Source: Botryllus schlosseri (Eukaryota). From it: 64,000 bases of DNA. Of this stretch, positions 12,073 to 23,727 are shown one piece after another. The notes below the pieces were generated by a model. That model ran no database searches and had not been told where the DNA came from. It saw only the letters and a list, made by a program, of their open reading frames with translations. The number at the start of each line of letters is the position of its first letter. Position 1 is the stretch's first letter. The translations under genes were made by a program, and so were the position numbers. The stretch spans positions 6,758,001-6,822,000 of the forward strand of contig CM119386.1 in NCBI GenBank assembly GCA_051294905.1, in the 5' to 3' direction.

Positions 12073-13115
12073 CAGTGGTTCTCAACCTTATTGACCTCGC
12101 GGTAACCCTTTGAAAACGAAAAATAGTTCGTGGCACACTTGCACAGTGGTTCTCAACTTTTATCATATGTTTATCGTTCCTTCTTGATTACAACAAGTAG
12201 GGCGTATTCAGACGGAAGTAATGAGGGTCACTTTGATTTAATGACGATTTACGACGTCACGGAAACTTCAGGCTGCGCTTATAGTTACACATTCACAAGA
12301 TTCGCATGACAATACACTCTTTCCACTACCGCATTGTCGATGTAATTAGCCATCGTATCGAAGAGGCCAAGCACGATCGCCACTATCAAATACAAAGACG
12401 TAGTGGCGCATACATAGCCTAGCCTATATCGATGCCGAACGCATTTCTACTCAGATCGTGTAGCACGCGTTAGGATATAGCCATACCGCAAAAGTTCTAC
12501 GGACAGCCACCCGCAGTTCAATTATAGTTCCAACAAATCGGGATAACAACCTCAGCGGCGGGAAATTTCTTAACTGATATAATTTGATCCACTTTACTCC
12601 TAAATTATCAAATCCGTCGCCTGTAACATAACGTTGCCCTCCAAGCCTGCATTTTAACGGCAGTGCCGGCACGTTACCTAACGATCGCAATGTGGATGGT
12701 TAATGGCTGTGTTTGTAATTTGAATTTGTAAACGTGAACATCACTTCCAAAGGAATTCATTTCTCGCTGGTTATTAGGAAAAACATGAGGATTTGAAAAC
12801 TGCATTGTCAACAAGCGACACCATGTCTGCTCTTCTGATAAACGTATTGTGAAAAACTGAAAACAGTCTTCATCGCACGCAATATGTCGGGTAAAGCGAA
12901 TTGGCGGGGTGTATTGGTTGTGGGCATAACATCGATTTTGATCTGTCAAACGTGCAAACTTCACATCGAGCCCGACTTAGATATTATTGATCGTTTGCTG
13001 AAGACTAGAATTATTTTGCACATAATTTCAAAATTTCGAAGAAATCTAACGCGGCACCCTTGTGTTTCGTAAATAGCACACTAGTGTTTCGCGGCACACC
13101 GGTTGAGAACCACTG
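12073..13115. mobile_element. hAT (Charlie-like) non-autonomous element
   Basis: TIR cagtggttctcaacc...ggttgagaaccactg; TSD gattagga/gatcagga; empty site at about 63620; left end internally duplicated at about 12144. Confidence 0.88.
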
Positions 13116-15405
13116 GATCAGGAAGTAGATGATCCTTCTCCACAACAGCAGGCTTTTTGTTAGTAATCGGCATACTTTGGAATCCGTGAATGACAGCCGT
13201 AACTTATGGAATTAGCTCAATGACACGGCTCGTGCATTTTGTTACATCATGCAGCCACTGCGCGCGACCCATACTGCTGTAACAGTGTGGCTGTGTCGTG
13301 CCTGTAGCAGTAGGTAGCTGGCTGGCGACTGACTGTCTTAAGGTTGGCGACTTCTTAACTCACAGTTTCACTCGGTACGGACGTATTGCAGCAGAAATAC
13401 GTACGTCAGGTAGCGTAGTAAATGAGTCTGAGGGCGTGCGAGAGAGGTCGGCGCATATAGACGAGCGATACGAGAAAAAAAGGTATAGACTTGCGCAGTG
13501 CGCGGCAAGATAGCGAGACAGGACGCATGTGGGTCACATGGTAATCGCAGTACTACAGCAAAGCATGTAGTTCCCTCAACAGATACCTGACGTTATTTAG
13601 GGACGTTACGTTAAGGACCAGCGGTCTGCTACACGGTCCCCCCTTGAGAGGGAGCGGAACTAGGTGACGTGGAAGAGTCACAGTACTGAATTATTATCGT
13701 CGGTATCTGCTACGAAGGGAGCCACATGCGAGGATATAAAGCAAATGAAAAAAATACAAAAACATGCAGTTGCGAATGGTTGATAGATGTACCGAGTGAG
13801 TTTTATGTTATTTATTACAACACACACTATTAGCCTAAAAGAAAAATACACTAAAGCAACGAACAACAAAAGAAAATGAGCATAACAAGTAAATCACCCA
13901 CGCAGGGGTGGCAATGCGATGTACAATTCGATCGCGCCGCGCGTGGGGGCAAGGTTCTTGAAAAAAAAATTCACCACATTGCGTGGGATCGATGAGTCAA
14001 TATATACAAGACCCTCGACGGTACGTGCTGGGATGCTGGAGTGGGCTAGATCGAGGGTTGGTGACGCTACCAAGCCACGGCGTGTGGCGTCATATTTGCG
14101 TGCGTGTAGACGTGGACGTTGGATGATCGATGAGCAAGGTTGAAATTGAATGACGGGCCACGGTGTCGAAACCGTGGTGGTTCGCGCCAGCTGTGTTGCT
14201 CCGTTGCCGTATGTATGAGCGGTTGCGAGTCGTGGGCGAACGTGGAGTCGTATCTGGTTGAAGTCGTGCGTTTGAGACATGGCCGTGAACTGTGCGTCGT
14301 TCGGCTGTCGTTCGCGAATCAATATAGAGGTTGTGTCCGTCCGTCACGTGTTTGAGTGGTAGCCAGAATTGACCGATCGCAGTTCAATGTCCGGGTGGCC
14401 CAAGCATCCGAAGTCATCTTCAATTGAGCGGCGTACCGTCGTCCGGGTCGGGAATTGCGCGGGTAGGCTGAAAACAAGCTAGGCGCCAGCATAATGTGAT
14501 AAAAAACGGTATAACGATTACTAAGCCTAGACGAAGCACAGAACACACGGTAAATAAAACAATGCGATTACTATAGCCAATAACCACAATCCAGGCGGGG
14601 GTATGTAATAAACGGGAGTGAGGGCAGTGCCCAGCGTAGGACAGGATGCTGTGGCCCGCTGGTTCGCCTATGATTCGGCTCGATCGCCGGAGATGAGCGA
14701 TGTATGAAAATTGTGAATGTTGCGAGTGATATGTGTCGTCGCGTGCGCGGTTTGTGTCGCGTGAGGAGGACAAATCTCGTCACGTGAGTTAAACAGGGTG
14801 TTACGCGTTGAATTAAACATGAAGATGACCCTAATGACGATTCGAATTAGCGCGTGTAATCGTAACTGTGGTAGCCATGCTATAATGCAGCATGTATTTT
14901 TGAAGGTATAGTGCTATGCCGACCGGTATCGTGAAGAAGCGGCCACTGCATGTATAATGCGTATACGCAGTGTTGTCAGTGGTAGAGGAACCAATCCATC
15001 ACACCTGTTCGCGAAATGGGGGTGCAAAGGTGAACATTCTTATCTGACGATAAATGAACATTATATTAACCGGTACACGATACATAGTCAAAGATTCAGA
15101 TGTGAGTCTAACTGTACCAAATCCGTCTCCAGACTTCATGCGACCCCGATCGCTCGACCACGGAAGGCGCATTTCCACGCGGGTTTCATCGTATCCGCCA
15201 GCAGACACTCCGAAACCGCGCAATGGCTACGCATCCGCTGGCAGCAGCGAAAAGGAAATATGAAAAATTCCTACGACTGCCTTTGAGGCAGCGGGCTGCT
15301 AGATCGGGGTCACACGTGTGCACATAAATCTGAAGACGTCCTCGGAGCCAGGGTGTTCACTCTTACTAACAATGAACATATGCCGAGTGTCCCGGAGCAC
15401 TAGAT

Positions 15406-16745
15406 CAGTGGTTCTCAACCTTTTTTGACACGCGCCCCCCTTGGAGATGGTCAAAAGATTCGCGCCCCCCCTGAACCCCCTTTCATTTATCGTCATGTCA
15501 AAAAGAGCACATCATCTAATACAGAGGTGGGCAACGTTTTTGATAATCATGGCCGCATTTCGATTGCTTATGTAGCGAAAGGCTGCATTCCAGGGCATAG
15601 CCGCAATGAATGATCTGGACGCAAAATTCCTATGGTAAACTGTCCATATCCATTCCGGTGAACTCCAGACTATTGTACTTTTCACAACGGCCTATTGTGC
15701 GCACCAAAATAGCGAGTGGCAATGTTATGAATAGTTGCCGGGAGGTGCGTATTGTCGCGCGAAGCGCGAAAAATTTTCAGGGCCGCGAACGAATTGTTAT
15801 TTCTTGACAATTCTCATTCCGGCTCGGATTAAGAAGGGCGCTACTGCATTAAAATCGAAAAATGAATTCTTGTTGAATTGTGCAGAGGGCGAAGAAAATT
15901 TCAAGATTAATTAAAATCTCTCGCAAATGCGGGAGTGAATTCGTAATTGCAATTTCCATGTCTACGGCCGCCAACACATACTAATTGAATTAAGCGTCGA
16001 CGGCCGCTCAAATTCCCTTCTACGGCCGCAGGCTGCCCACCCCTGATCTAATAGTATACATAAGGTATATCTTACACCAATTTTGAATCTGCATTCCAGT
16101 TGTTGAGTCTTTTACATTGCTGAAAATTTTCTTAAAACTTGTTTGAAAATAACAAAAAAACATAGAACAAGACATCCATTAATTAATTTCAAGGTAGGTC
16201 ACCCTGAGACTAATCTTGATGTTGGTAGTGAGTACAGAGAGCAAGGCGTCGTTCTGTCCTGCCAGGCTAAATTTGATCAGTTTTGGAAATTAATTAAATT
16301 GTGTTGATTTATAGCCTAATTGAGGCCGACACCGGGACACCTACGTTGCATCCAAGTCTGTCTTAGGCAGTGCAGTTCGCAAGCTACTAACAACAGCTGC
16401 CCAGCGCGACAAGCTTTAGGCTACTGTCAAAGCTATGAAGCAATGAATGACTTACACGTGGGAATTGCTCTCTATATCTCCAAGGAATTTAAAAAATTTG
16501 CTCAAATGAAGTTGAAATCAGACTATACTCCGTTGAGCGCGGTTGCTAGAGTTGCAAGCTTTCTTGAATATGGAATAAATTTCATCTTCATTAATCGTCT
16601 TCTCATAATGGATGTGAAACACATGTTCAGACACGTACAATATATACTGACTGTGTCAATTTCTCGCGCCCCCCCTATATTGACTTCGTCAATTTCTCGC
16701 GCCCCCCCTGAGAGCTTCCCGCGCCCCCCAGGTTGAGAACCCCTG
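15406..16745. mobile_element. hAT-type MITE inside the LTR element
   Basis: TIR cagtggttctcaacc...ggttgagaacccctg; perfect TSD cactagat. Confidence 0.9.
15522..16045. mobile_element. hAT-type MITE nested in 15406-16745
   Basis: Ends cagaggtgggcaac...ctgcccacccctg; perfect TSD atctaata. Confidence 0.9.
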
Positions 16746-16899
16746 CACTAGATGGATCCTCAAAGGTGTCGCGAGCAAAGTTCAAACGTTATGAACAGAC
16801 GGAGCTCAAAAGACAGTCCTTGTACTAAGGCAGCGCTAGCTACCCGACCAGGTTACGTCACGACAATACTAAGATTCGAAGAGAACAAGACGCGGCGGG

Positions 16900-17045
16900 A
16901 GATTTGATACGGCAATTAAGTGGAAGCGATCCGCGATGAGACGAGACAGGCGTTTTGATACGGTAATTATGTGGAGGCGATCACGCGGCGAGAAGCGCCG
17001 GGCGATTGGATATGGTGATTAAGTGGAAGCTATCCCGTGGCGAAC
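16900..17045. repeat. Three degenerate tandem repeats (period about 51 nt) in the LTR-element interior
   Basis: Unit core tt(t/g)gata(c/t)gg(c/t)(a/g)atta(a/t)gtgga(a/g)gc(g/t)atc at about 16903, 16954 and 17006. Confidence 0.75.
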
Positions 17046-19185
17046 GCAGAATTGCGTAATCAGTGATTGCTGGAAAAAAACGGCTGTTTGCGCAACTAGG
17101 GCGAGAACAATGAAAGTAAAAGAGCGCGTGGGGATGCGATTATACACGTCGTCCTAATACTCGCTTGAAAGTGGAAAGCATGAAAAGATATAATCGATTG
17201 CTCGTTAACGGAAATTAGTCACACTGCTGGATTCTTCCCAGCTGAGTCTGTTGTGAATCAAGCAAGTAGCATGACCACGTGCTCGGAGACGGCGTGAGCT
17301 GTAACCCCCAATTAGATCCAAAATAAAACAGATTCCTGTTGAATCAGGTATGAAATAATCTGAAGATATGCGGGCTTGGGCACAAGTGACCGCAATTTCA
17401 AACAAGGAAAGGTGCTTGTACGGGTACGAAGACTGCGAACCCTCTGAATAGCAGAAAGTATAATAACGCTCACATAATGGCCTTTCCAAAACTTCCCTTA
17501 AGGACTGAAGGACGTGCGACCAGATCCTGAATGAACAATTGAAATAAGAAAGAAGAAGTAGTAATTTGATTTGATACATGCAGTAATGCTTGAAGCATGT
17601 CAATCGGATAAATAAAAAAAGGATCGCACATTTCAACATGCTTGGCGGTGTCGCGGCGCATATATATGCGGCGGTCAGTATAATTTGAATGCCGGCGTAA
17701 TCAAGTGGAGCGAGTGCCATGAAATTTAAAGAAATGATTTTTGGAGAAAAAGCGTATTGCGTGATTGGGCGCGAAAATTCCGAATTGCGTTCCGAATTGC
17801 GAATTGTTAGAATCGTTGCGATACCGAATCGTGGCCAGTGACCGATTTAGGTGAATCGTGTGCGGTATTGATATTATTGAAAGGGGTAGGCCTACTGGCT
17901 AACGCTTTCGCTGGATTGTATTTACTAGTCATAGAGAAATATTCAAATACATGCACGTGTACATTGCTATGTTAAATGATAAGTATGATAGGATTGAAAA
18001 TAAGAACGGCGACTAAACAGTTGCAATATACAAAAGTCATTTGGAAAAACATTTTTGACGCCTAACTTATAATCAACGATCGAAAATATGAACAGGTTAC
18101 CGGGGAGGTGAAGGTGATGATCCCGTGGCTCCTGAAGTCGATGGCGAACATACGGCAATGTCCTGATGAGGCTTTGTGAGTTACCGAGCTCAAGGTTGCC
18201 ATGTAACTGATGGTTCTTGAATATCCGCGGAGCTATGTGGGTTACCGAACTCTTGGCATCATGAAACAGTGAGGCTGAGTGATGATCCCGTGGCTCCTGG
18301 ATGTGATGGCGAACGTACGGCCTTGCAATATCCTGAGGCTTTGTGAGTTACCGAACTCGAGGCAACATGTAACAGTGTGGCTGTGTCGTGCCTGTAGCAG
18401 TAGGTAGCTGGCTGGCGACTTCTTAACTCACAGTTTCACTCGGTACGGACGTATTGCAGCAGAAATACGTACCTCAGGTAGCGTAGTAAAATGAGTCTGA
18501 GGGCGTGTGAGAGAGGTCGGCGCATATAGACGAGCGATACGAGGAAAAAAAGGTATAGACTTGTGCAGTGCGCGGCAAGATAGCGAGACAGGATATTGTG
18601 CAATCGTATGTGGGTCACATGGTAATCGCAGTACTACAGCAAAGCATGTAGTTCCCTCAACAGATACCTGACGTTATTTAGGGACGTTACGTTAAGGACC
18701 AGCGGTCTGCTACACTGCAGTTAGCCCAATACGTACATATAACTTTCTACTGAAAAATGTCTGCATGATTCAATGATCGACTGTGTCCCGTTGGACAATA
18801 GGGATATAGTTTCATCGATGAACATTGAACAATCAACATGGCAAAGCAAAAGGCCTCAGTTGCCAAGAAGCAACCCGCCATCAATGTGTATCACCCATCA
18901 CAGAGCCGAAACAGCTTTCCCCCCAGACCCCCCCGTCAGGTTATACGTTTTCACCGCTAGTTGTAAGCGAGATTTGCTATGCTCGTTAGTGGGGCAGATC
19001 CAGTCGCCGAATCGGGAGAAGTGCGAAAATTTCGATTAATTCATGATTGAGTCACTGATATTGCGTATTGCATATATATTGCTATCAATTTTTTATCCTC
19101 TCTCTGCCCACGTAATCCGACAAATTTCACAATTATATCTTTAATTTGAGACCGAGTCGTATTTAGAGCGCAGTATACCTGTAAT

Positions 19186-19987
19186 CAGGGTTGCCATACC
19201 GTCCTTATTTCTAAGATTTGGCCTTATTTTGAAGGGCCAGGTCTTAGGAAAACTCAACTGTCCTTATTTCTAAGAAATGCCCTTATTTTCGACTTGCGTC
19301 CTTATTTTGTCTTATTTTCAACAACTACAGAATTTCAATCGTTTTCCTCTGGTATCTGTGTTGCATATTATTTCAAAATTATGCTTTTACGTCGAGATTA
19401 TGTGACATCATAAATGAAATGAACTCCCGTGCCGTGCGCACCACAGGATTTGACTTCTAAATGGCGTGATGGCTCGGGCAATGAGTGGTCGTATAGCAGT
19501 TTTGGCTCTTCCAAGCTATCGTACCGGACGCCATTTTAGCAGTAAACAGCAGAATACCAGGTTTCTGCTGTTTAATCTACAGCAGAATAAGCTGTGAAGA
19601 AGGCAGCATTTATTGCGTATTAGTGAAAAAGCGCACAGTGAGGTCGACACTTGACGTAAAAAGTAGTAAAGTTATAAATCATTGATAAAGTTATCTAAAT
19701 TATATTGCACATTTAGTTCCACCTACTAATAAGGCTAAATCTGATTAGTTGAAATGAGCAATCGTAAAAACGTTTTTCGTGACGATTATGAGAGAGAATT
19801 CAAGGTTATCGAACGAACCTTGAAGGGCGAGTGTTTTGCAAATTGCAATATCTGCTATTGCGATATTCATCTGAAGGCCTCATTGAAAGACCTCTATTTC
19901 AACTCACATTGGTACCCCAAAACACAAGTGTGTCATAATGATTTTTCAACTGTCCTTATTTTTTGGTCCATGTCGATGGCAACCGTG
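19186..19987 (+). mobile_element. Internally deleted hAT-like transposon retaining the transposase N-terminus
   Basis: TIR cagggttgccat...atggcaaccgtg; TSD cctgtaat/cctataat; ORF at 19754 (MSNRKNVFRDDYEREF...FANCNICYCDIHL) resembles a BED-type zinc-finger start. Confidence 0.75.
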
Positions 19988-21077
19988 CCTATAATATTGA
20001 TTGAAGCGCGGTGATGACATTAGCCGCGAAGATTCATTCTGTAATACCGAAAATAGCCACCTCTGATTTAGGTATGCGATCTTTCTACCGAATCTATTCG
20101 CGTGTCATGGAACTCGCTATTGCTAGATGCAGTAGTTAAGTATCAATTTACGGCGTCACGAAGACTACTAACGCCGTCCATTTTGACTGCATCCGCGTGT
20201 TCTCACGGGAAAGTTCTGAAAGGGAGCAACACCGCTACGTGGTATGGTTTCTAGAAAGATTGGAGCGAAAACACCCACAGGGGCTATAAGGGATAGGGGT
20301 ATACCTTACAATTTCACACAACGCTATGATATCAATTCAACCGTCGTAAATAATATAGCCTACTCGACCTAGTATCGTTGTGGCATGTCCAGCTTCCGCA
20401 TATCGGGTCAACTGCGGCTTGTGGTAACATTTTATGCTCCGCGACAAAATGACTCGCTTGCCATGCTAGGCAGCAAAACAGTATACTGGAACAACTGCTA
20501 CCACAATTTTCCACTTGGGAACAAGCTACGATTAGGTGCCTACACTCCTTCAGTTTTCAAACGAACTCATTCTCGTTAGAAAAATTTGGATATAATAATA
20601 TATTGAATCAAATTTATTGCTCTTGAAATAGTCCTGGTGCTTCGCTCTTTCAATTCACTTCCTTGTATACTATATGCGTCATTCATTGAGTCCCTTTCTG
20701 GGCGCTTTTTGTAAAGACGCCATCAGAAGGAGCGACACGGGAGGAGGAGCACAGCAGATAAACTTCCGACGCCTCGAAACTTTCTGCTGCCGATAATCAA
20801 ACTGGGCTCTCTCATATCGATGATGGTGGATTTGCCTGCTGCACCACCCAGACTTGTACAAACTGAACATTTAGTTAGTTGATGGTCAACTAACTAACGG
20901 ATTTTTGAGTAGCTCTAGTTCTAGTTGCGGATTATGAAAATTGAGTAGTTCTAGTTCTATATCTAGTTGCCGATTTTCAAAATTCAGTAGCTCTAGTTTC
21001 GGGTACCATATTTTCGTGACCCAAATTCCGGACACTCTTTAGCACCAGCTAGCGGGTTTTAAAATGAGGTATATGAA

Positions 21078-21760
21078 CAGAGATGGTCAGTAACGTAGTA
21101 CTTCTACTTTTTGGAAGTACTCAAGTAGTTTTCCTCTACTTCTGGTACTTCCTCAAGTAGATCTGATTTTATTTACTTCTACTTCGTAGTATTTTGTGAT
21201 CTACTTACTTACTTTTCGCTGTTTTCAGTTTGTCAAGTTGAAGTAATTTAATCCCCCCTACGAAAGCTAGCCTGAGGGATTTCGGGGCTGTTTAAACGGA
21301 GTACCAACATTTATTATTTATTCATAAAAGTCAAGTGAAGCCCAGAAATTTTGTGCGCTTTGCGCACAGTTGTTATGGAGTCGCAACTATGTTTTCACGA
21401 AAGTATCAGTGAATATAATTTAGGTACCGGATTGCTTGGTTCTGCTTACACCGCATTGTCGCCCATATCAAATATTTTATCACAGTAAATATGGCCCACC
21501 ATAACGTTTGAAACTACTGTTTCGCAATATAGCAATTACCTATCATATCGTAATCTAGCAGCCCATGACGTGTCCTGCTAATCTGGAAAATCCGTCTTTT
21601 TTTAACGTTACGCCTGTTTTAGCACATGACCTTAGAAGCTTCATGGACAAAATACGTGAAACATATTTGCCGCTTTTTAGAAGTGGGATTTGTATTTCAC
21701 TTTCACTCTATACTTGAGTACTTCCAAAAAGTATAAGTACCTCGCAACTGACAACCTCTG
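21078..21760. mobile_element. AGTAGA-family derivative with the same terminus type at both ends
   Basis: Left end cagagatggtcagtaacgtagtacttc; right end (reverse complement) cagaggttgtcagttgcgaggtacttatactttttggaagtactcaag. Confidence 0.75.
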
Positions 21761-22022
21761 TATGAAATAGGCCAACACAATACAATGTAGATCTATCTAT
21801 TTCGGATGTAGAATATACAATGTACAATGTACAATGTACATACAAATCAAGGTTTACTTGTATTATGTATGTATGTCATATGTTGATGATAGAGTTACCA
21901 AACGTAATCATATTTACTGTTATGTTCGTGCATTTTACGTCGGTATCGTTTGTCTCTTATTTGCCTAGGATTAGTAATTACCGCCAATCATTATTTCCTC
22001 GTGTGTCGTGCTTTGTATTTAT

Positions 22023-23308
22023 CAGAGGTGGTCAGTAACGAAGTACTTCTACTTTTTCGAAGTACTCAAGTAGTTATCCTCTACTTCTGGTACTTACTCA
22101 AGTAGATCTGATTTTCGCTACTTCTACTTCTACTTCGTAATATTTTGTGATCTACTTACTTACTTCTCGCTATTTTCAGTTTGTCAAGTAGAAGTAGTTC
22201 AATCTTTCAATCAGGAAGACAGCCTGAGGAATTTCGGGGCTGTTTTCGCGGAGTATCAACATTTAATTTTCATAAGAATTGAGTAAAGCCCAGAATTTTC
22301 GTCGCGCTTCGCGCGCGGTGACTACGGAGTTACCAGTATGATTTCACGGAAGTATCGATGAATATAATTTAGATAGCGGGTTGGCGTGGTTCCGTTCGCA
22401 CAGGGATATCTAGAATTAGATATCTATATATCCCTGCGTTCACACCACATTGTCCCCCCTCGCCCATATGAAATAATTCATCACGGTATATATGGATCAT
22501 CAAAACGTTTGAAACTGATGTTTCGCAATGTAGCATTTACTTATCATATCGTAATCTAGCATGTCCATGGCGCGTCCTAACCTGACAAAGTGGACTCTAA
22601 CATTTTTTTGTTAGTTTTAGAGCTGATTTAGCATACCACCTTTGAAACTTTCTGGACCAAAGGCATGAAAAACGTTTTCCGCTTTTAGAAGTAGTATTCA
22701 TGTTTCATTTTCAATTTCCAGTACCATATACTTTGAGTTATAATCAAAATCAGTTATTTTGTCTGGATAACATACATGATAAAGTATTAAAGCAAGTGTA
22801 CTAATGCCTTTGATTTCCGGAAATATAGCTACACAATATCGCATTGTTACGGTCCACCACATTTTTTATTATCGTTTACTAATCGCGCAAAGTGTTAACA
22901 CCGTATCCTATACAACTTCTCCGTATTGCTCTTCGACTAAACTACGGACCTTATAATATGGGGGATGGCGCCATACCATGCTATTTTCTAAAACGTGCTG
23001 TTCGAGAAAACAGAGGATAAGTATCGCATTTCCATATCAATCGTATCATTCCTTCCGATGATGTGAAGGGATGCTTATGCTATCGAAAATTGGATACCTG
23101 CTTCTATGCATAAATATGAATCAAGCTCGTCAACTTTCGCAACTACTTACTTACTTGAGTACTTTTAAAGTCAGTAAATTCTACTTCTACTTCAAGTAGT
23201 TTTAGGGTGCTTACGGAAGAAGTACTTCTACTTGTACTTGAGTAGATTTTTTCGTCGCTACTTCTACTTCTACTTGAGTAGCTTTCTTGGCTACTTTGAC
23301 CACCTCTG
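22023..23308. mobile_element. AGTAGA-family hAT element, about 1.3-kb form
   Basis: TIR cagaggtggtca...tgaccacctctg; perfect 8-bp TSD gtatttat. Confidence 0.92.
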
Positions 23309-23727
23309 GTATTTATACCCTGGGTTCTGTTGTCTACGGGTCTTTCGTTTAACTGTACTCTGGAATCTGGATCTTGTCGCTGCCTTAAGTTATTCTGCTG
23401 ATAATATGCTGATTTCATATTGCAACCTCGTCGTATGAGTTATTGTTCAAGCAAGATCAACAACATAACATTTACAGTATAGCGTTATAAATGACAAATA
23501 AAATACACAATCACGGTACTCGCGACCCAATACTGAAGAGATGAATATTTGTGCATTCGGAATGGTGGAAGAGGATATGGTAATCTGCATATGACAGTTA
23601 CTCAATATGACTAGTACATTAGGTACGGTTTCCCGTTTTGCACCCCGAAAGGCAGCGCAGATACGCGGCACATGACATGGGGATTGATTGCTGAACTTCC
23701 TGCGGTTGATCACTGAAAGACCGATTA

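Larger units (their letters stand above)
13278..18714 (-). mobile_element. LTR retroelement without recognisable gag/pol (LARD-like)
   Basis: Near-identical LTRs 13278-13633 and 18368-18714 (TG...CA); 4-bp TSD ctgc; empty site at about 63800 in unit 3; PPT-like tcaaggggggaccg on the - strand abutting the left LTR. Confidence 0.88.
1..18900. repeat. Segmental duplication unit 1
   Basis: Collinear blocks recur: 40-560 matches 25700-26530; 1100-1550 matches 27880-28310; 5145-7340 matches 32455-35770 and 51298-52930; 7690-11800 matches 39480-44510 and 56830-62930; 18720-18900 matches 63800-64000. Confidence 0.9.

Noticed and set aside
13894-14783. Cluster of overlapping 70-142 aa ORFs on both strands in the LTR-element interior
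   Set aside because: This is expected in a locally GC-richer, stop-poor stretch; none has a recognisable motif.
20871-20897. Perfect 12-bp hairpin ttagttagttga-tgg-tcaactaactaa
   Set aside because: It is low-complexity, sits beside ctagtt repeats typical of a TE end, and has no supporting context for an RNA gene or terminator.
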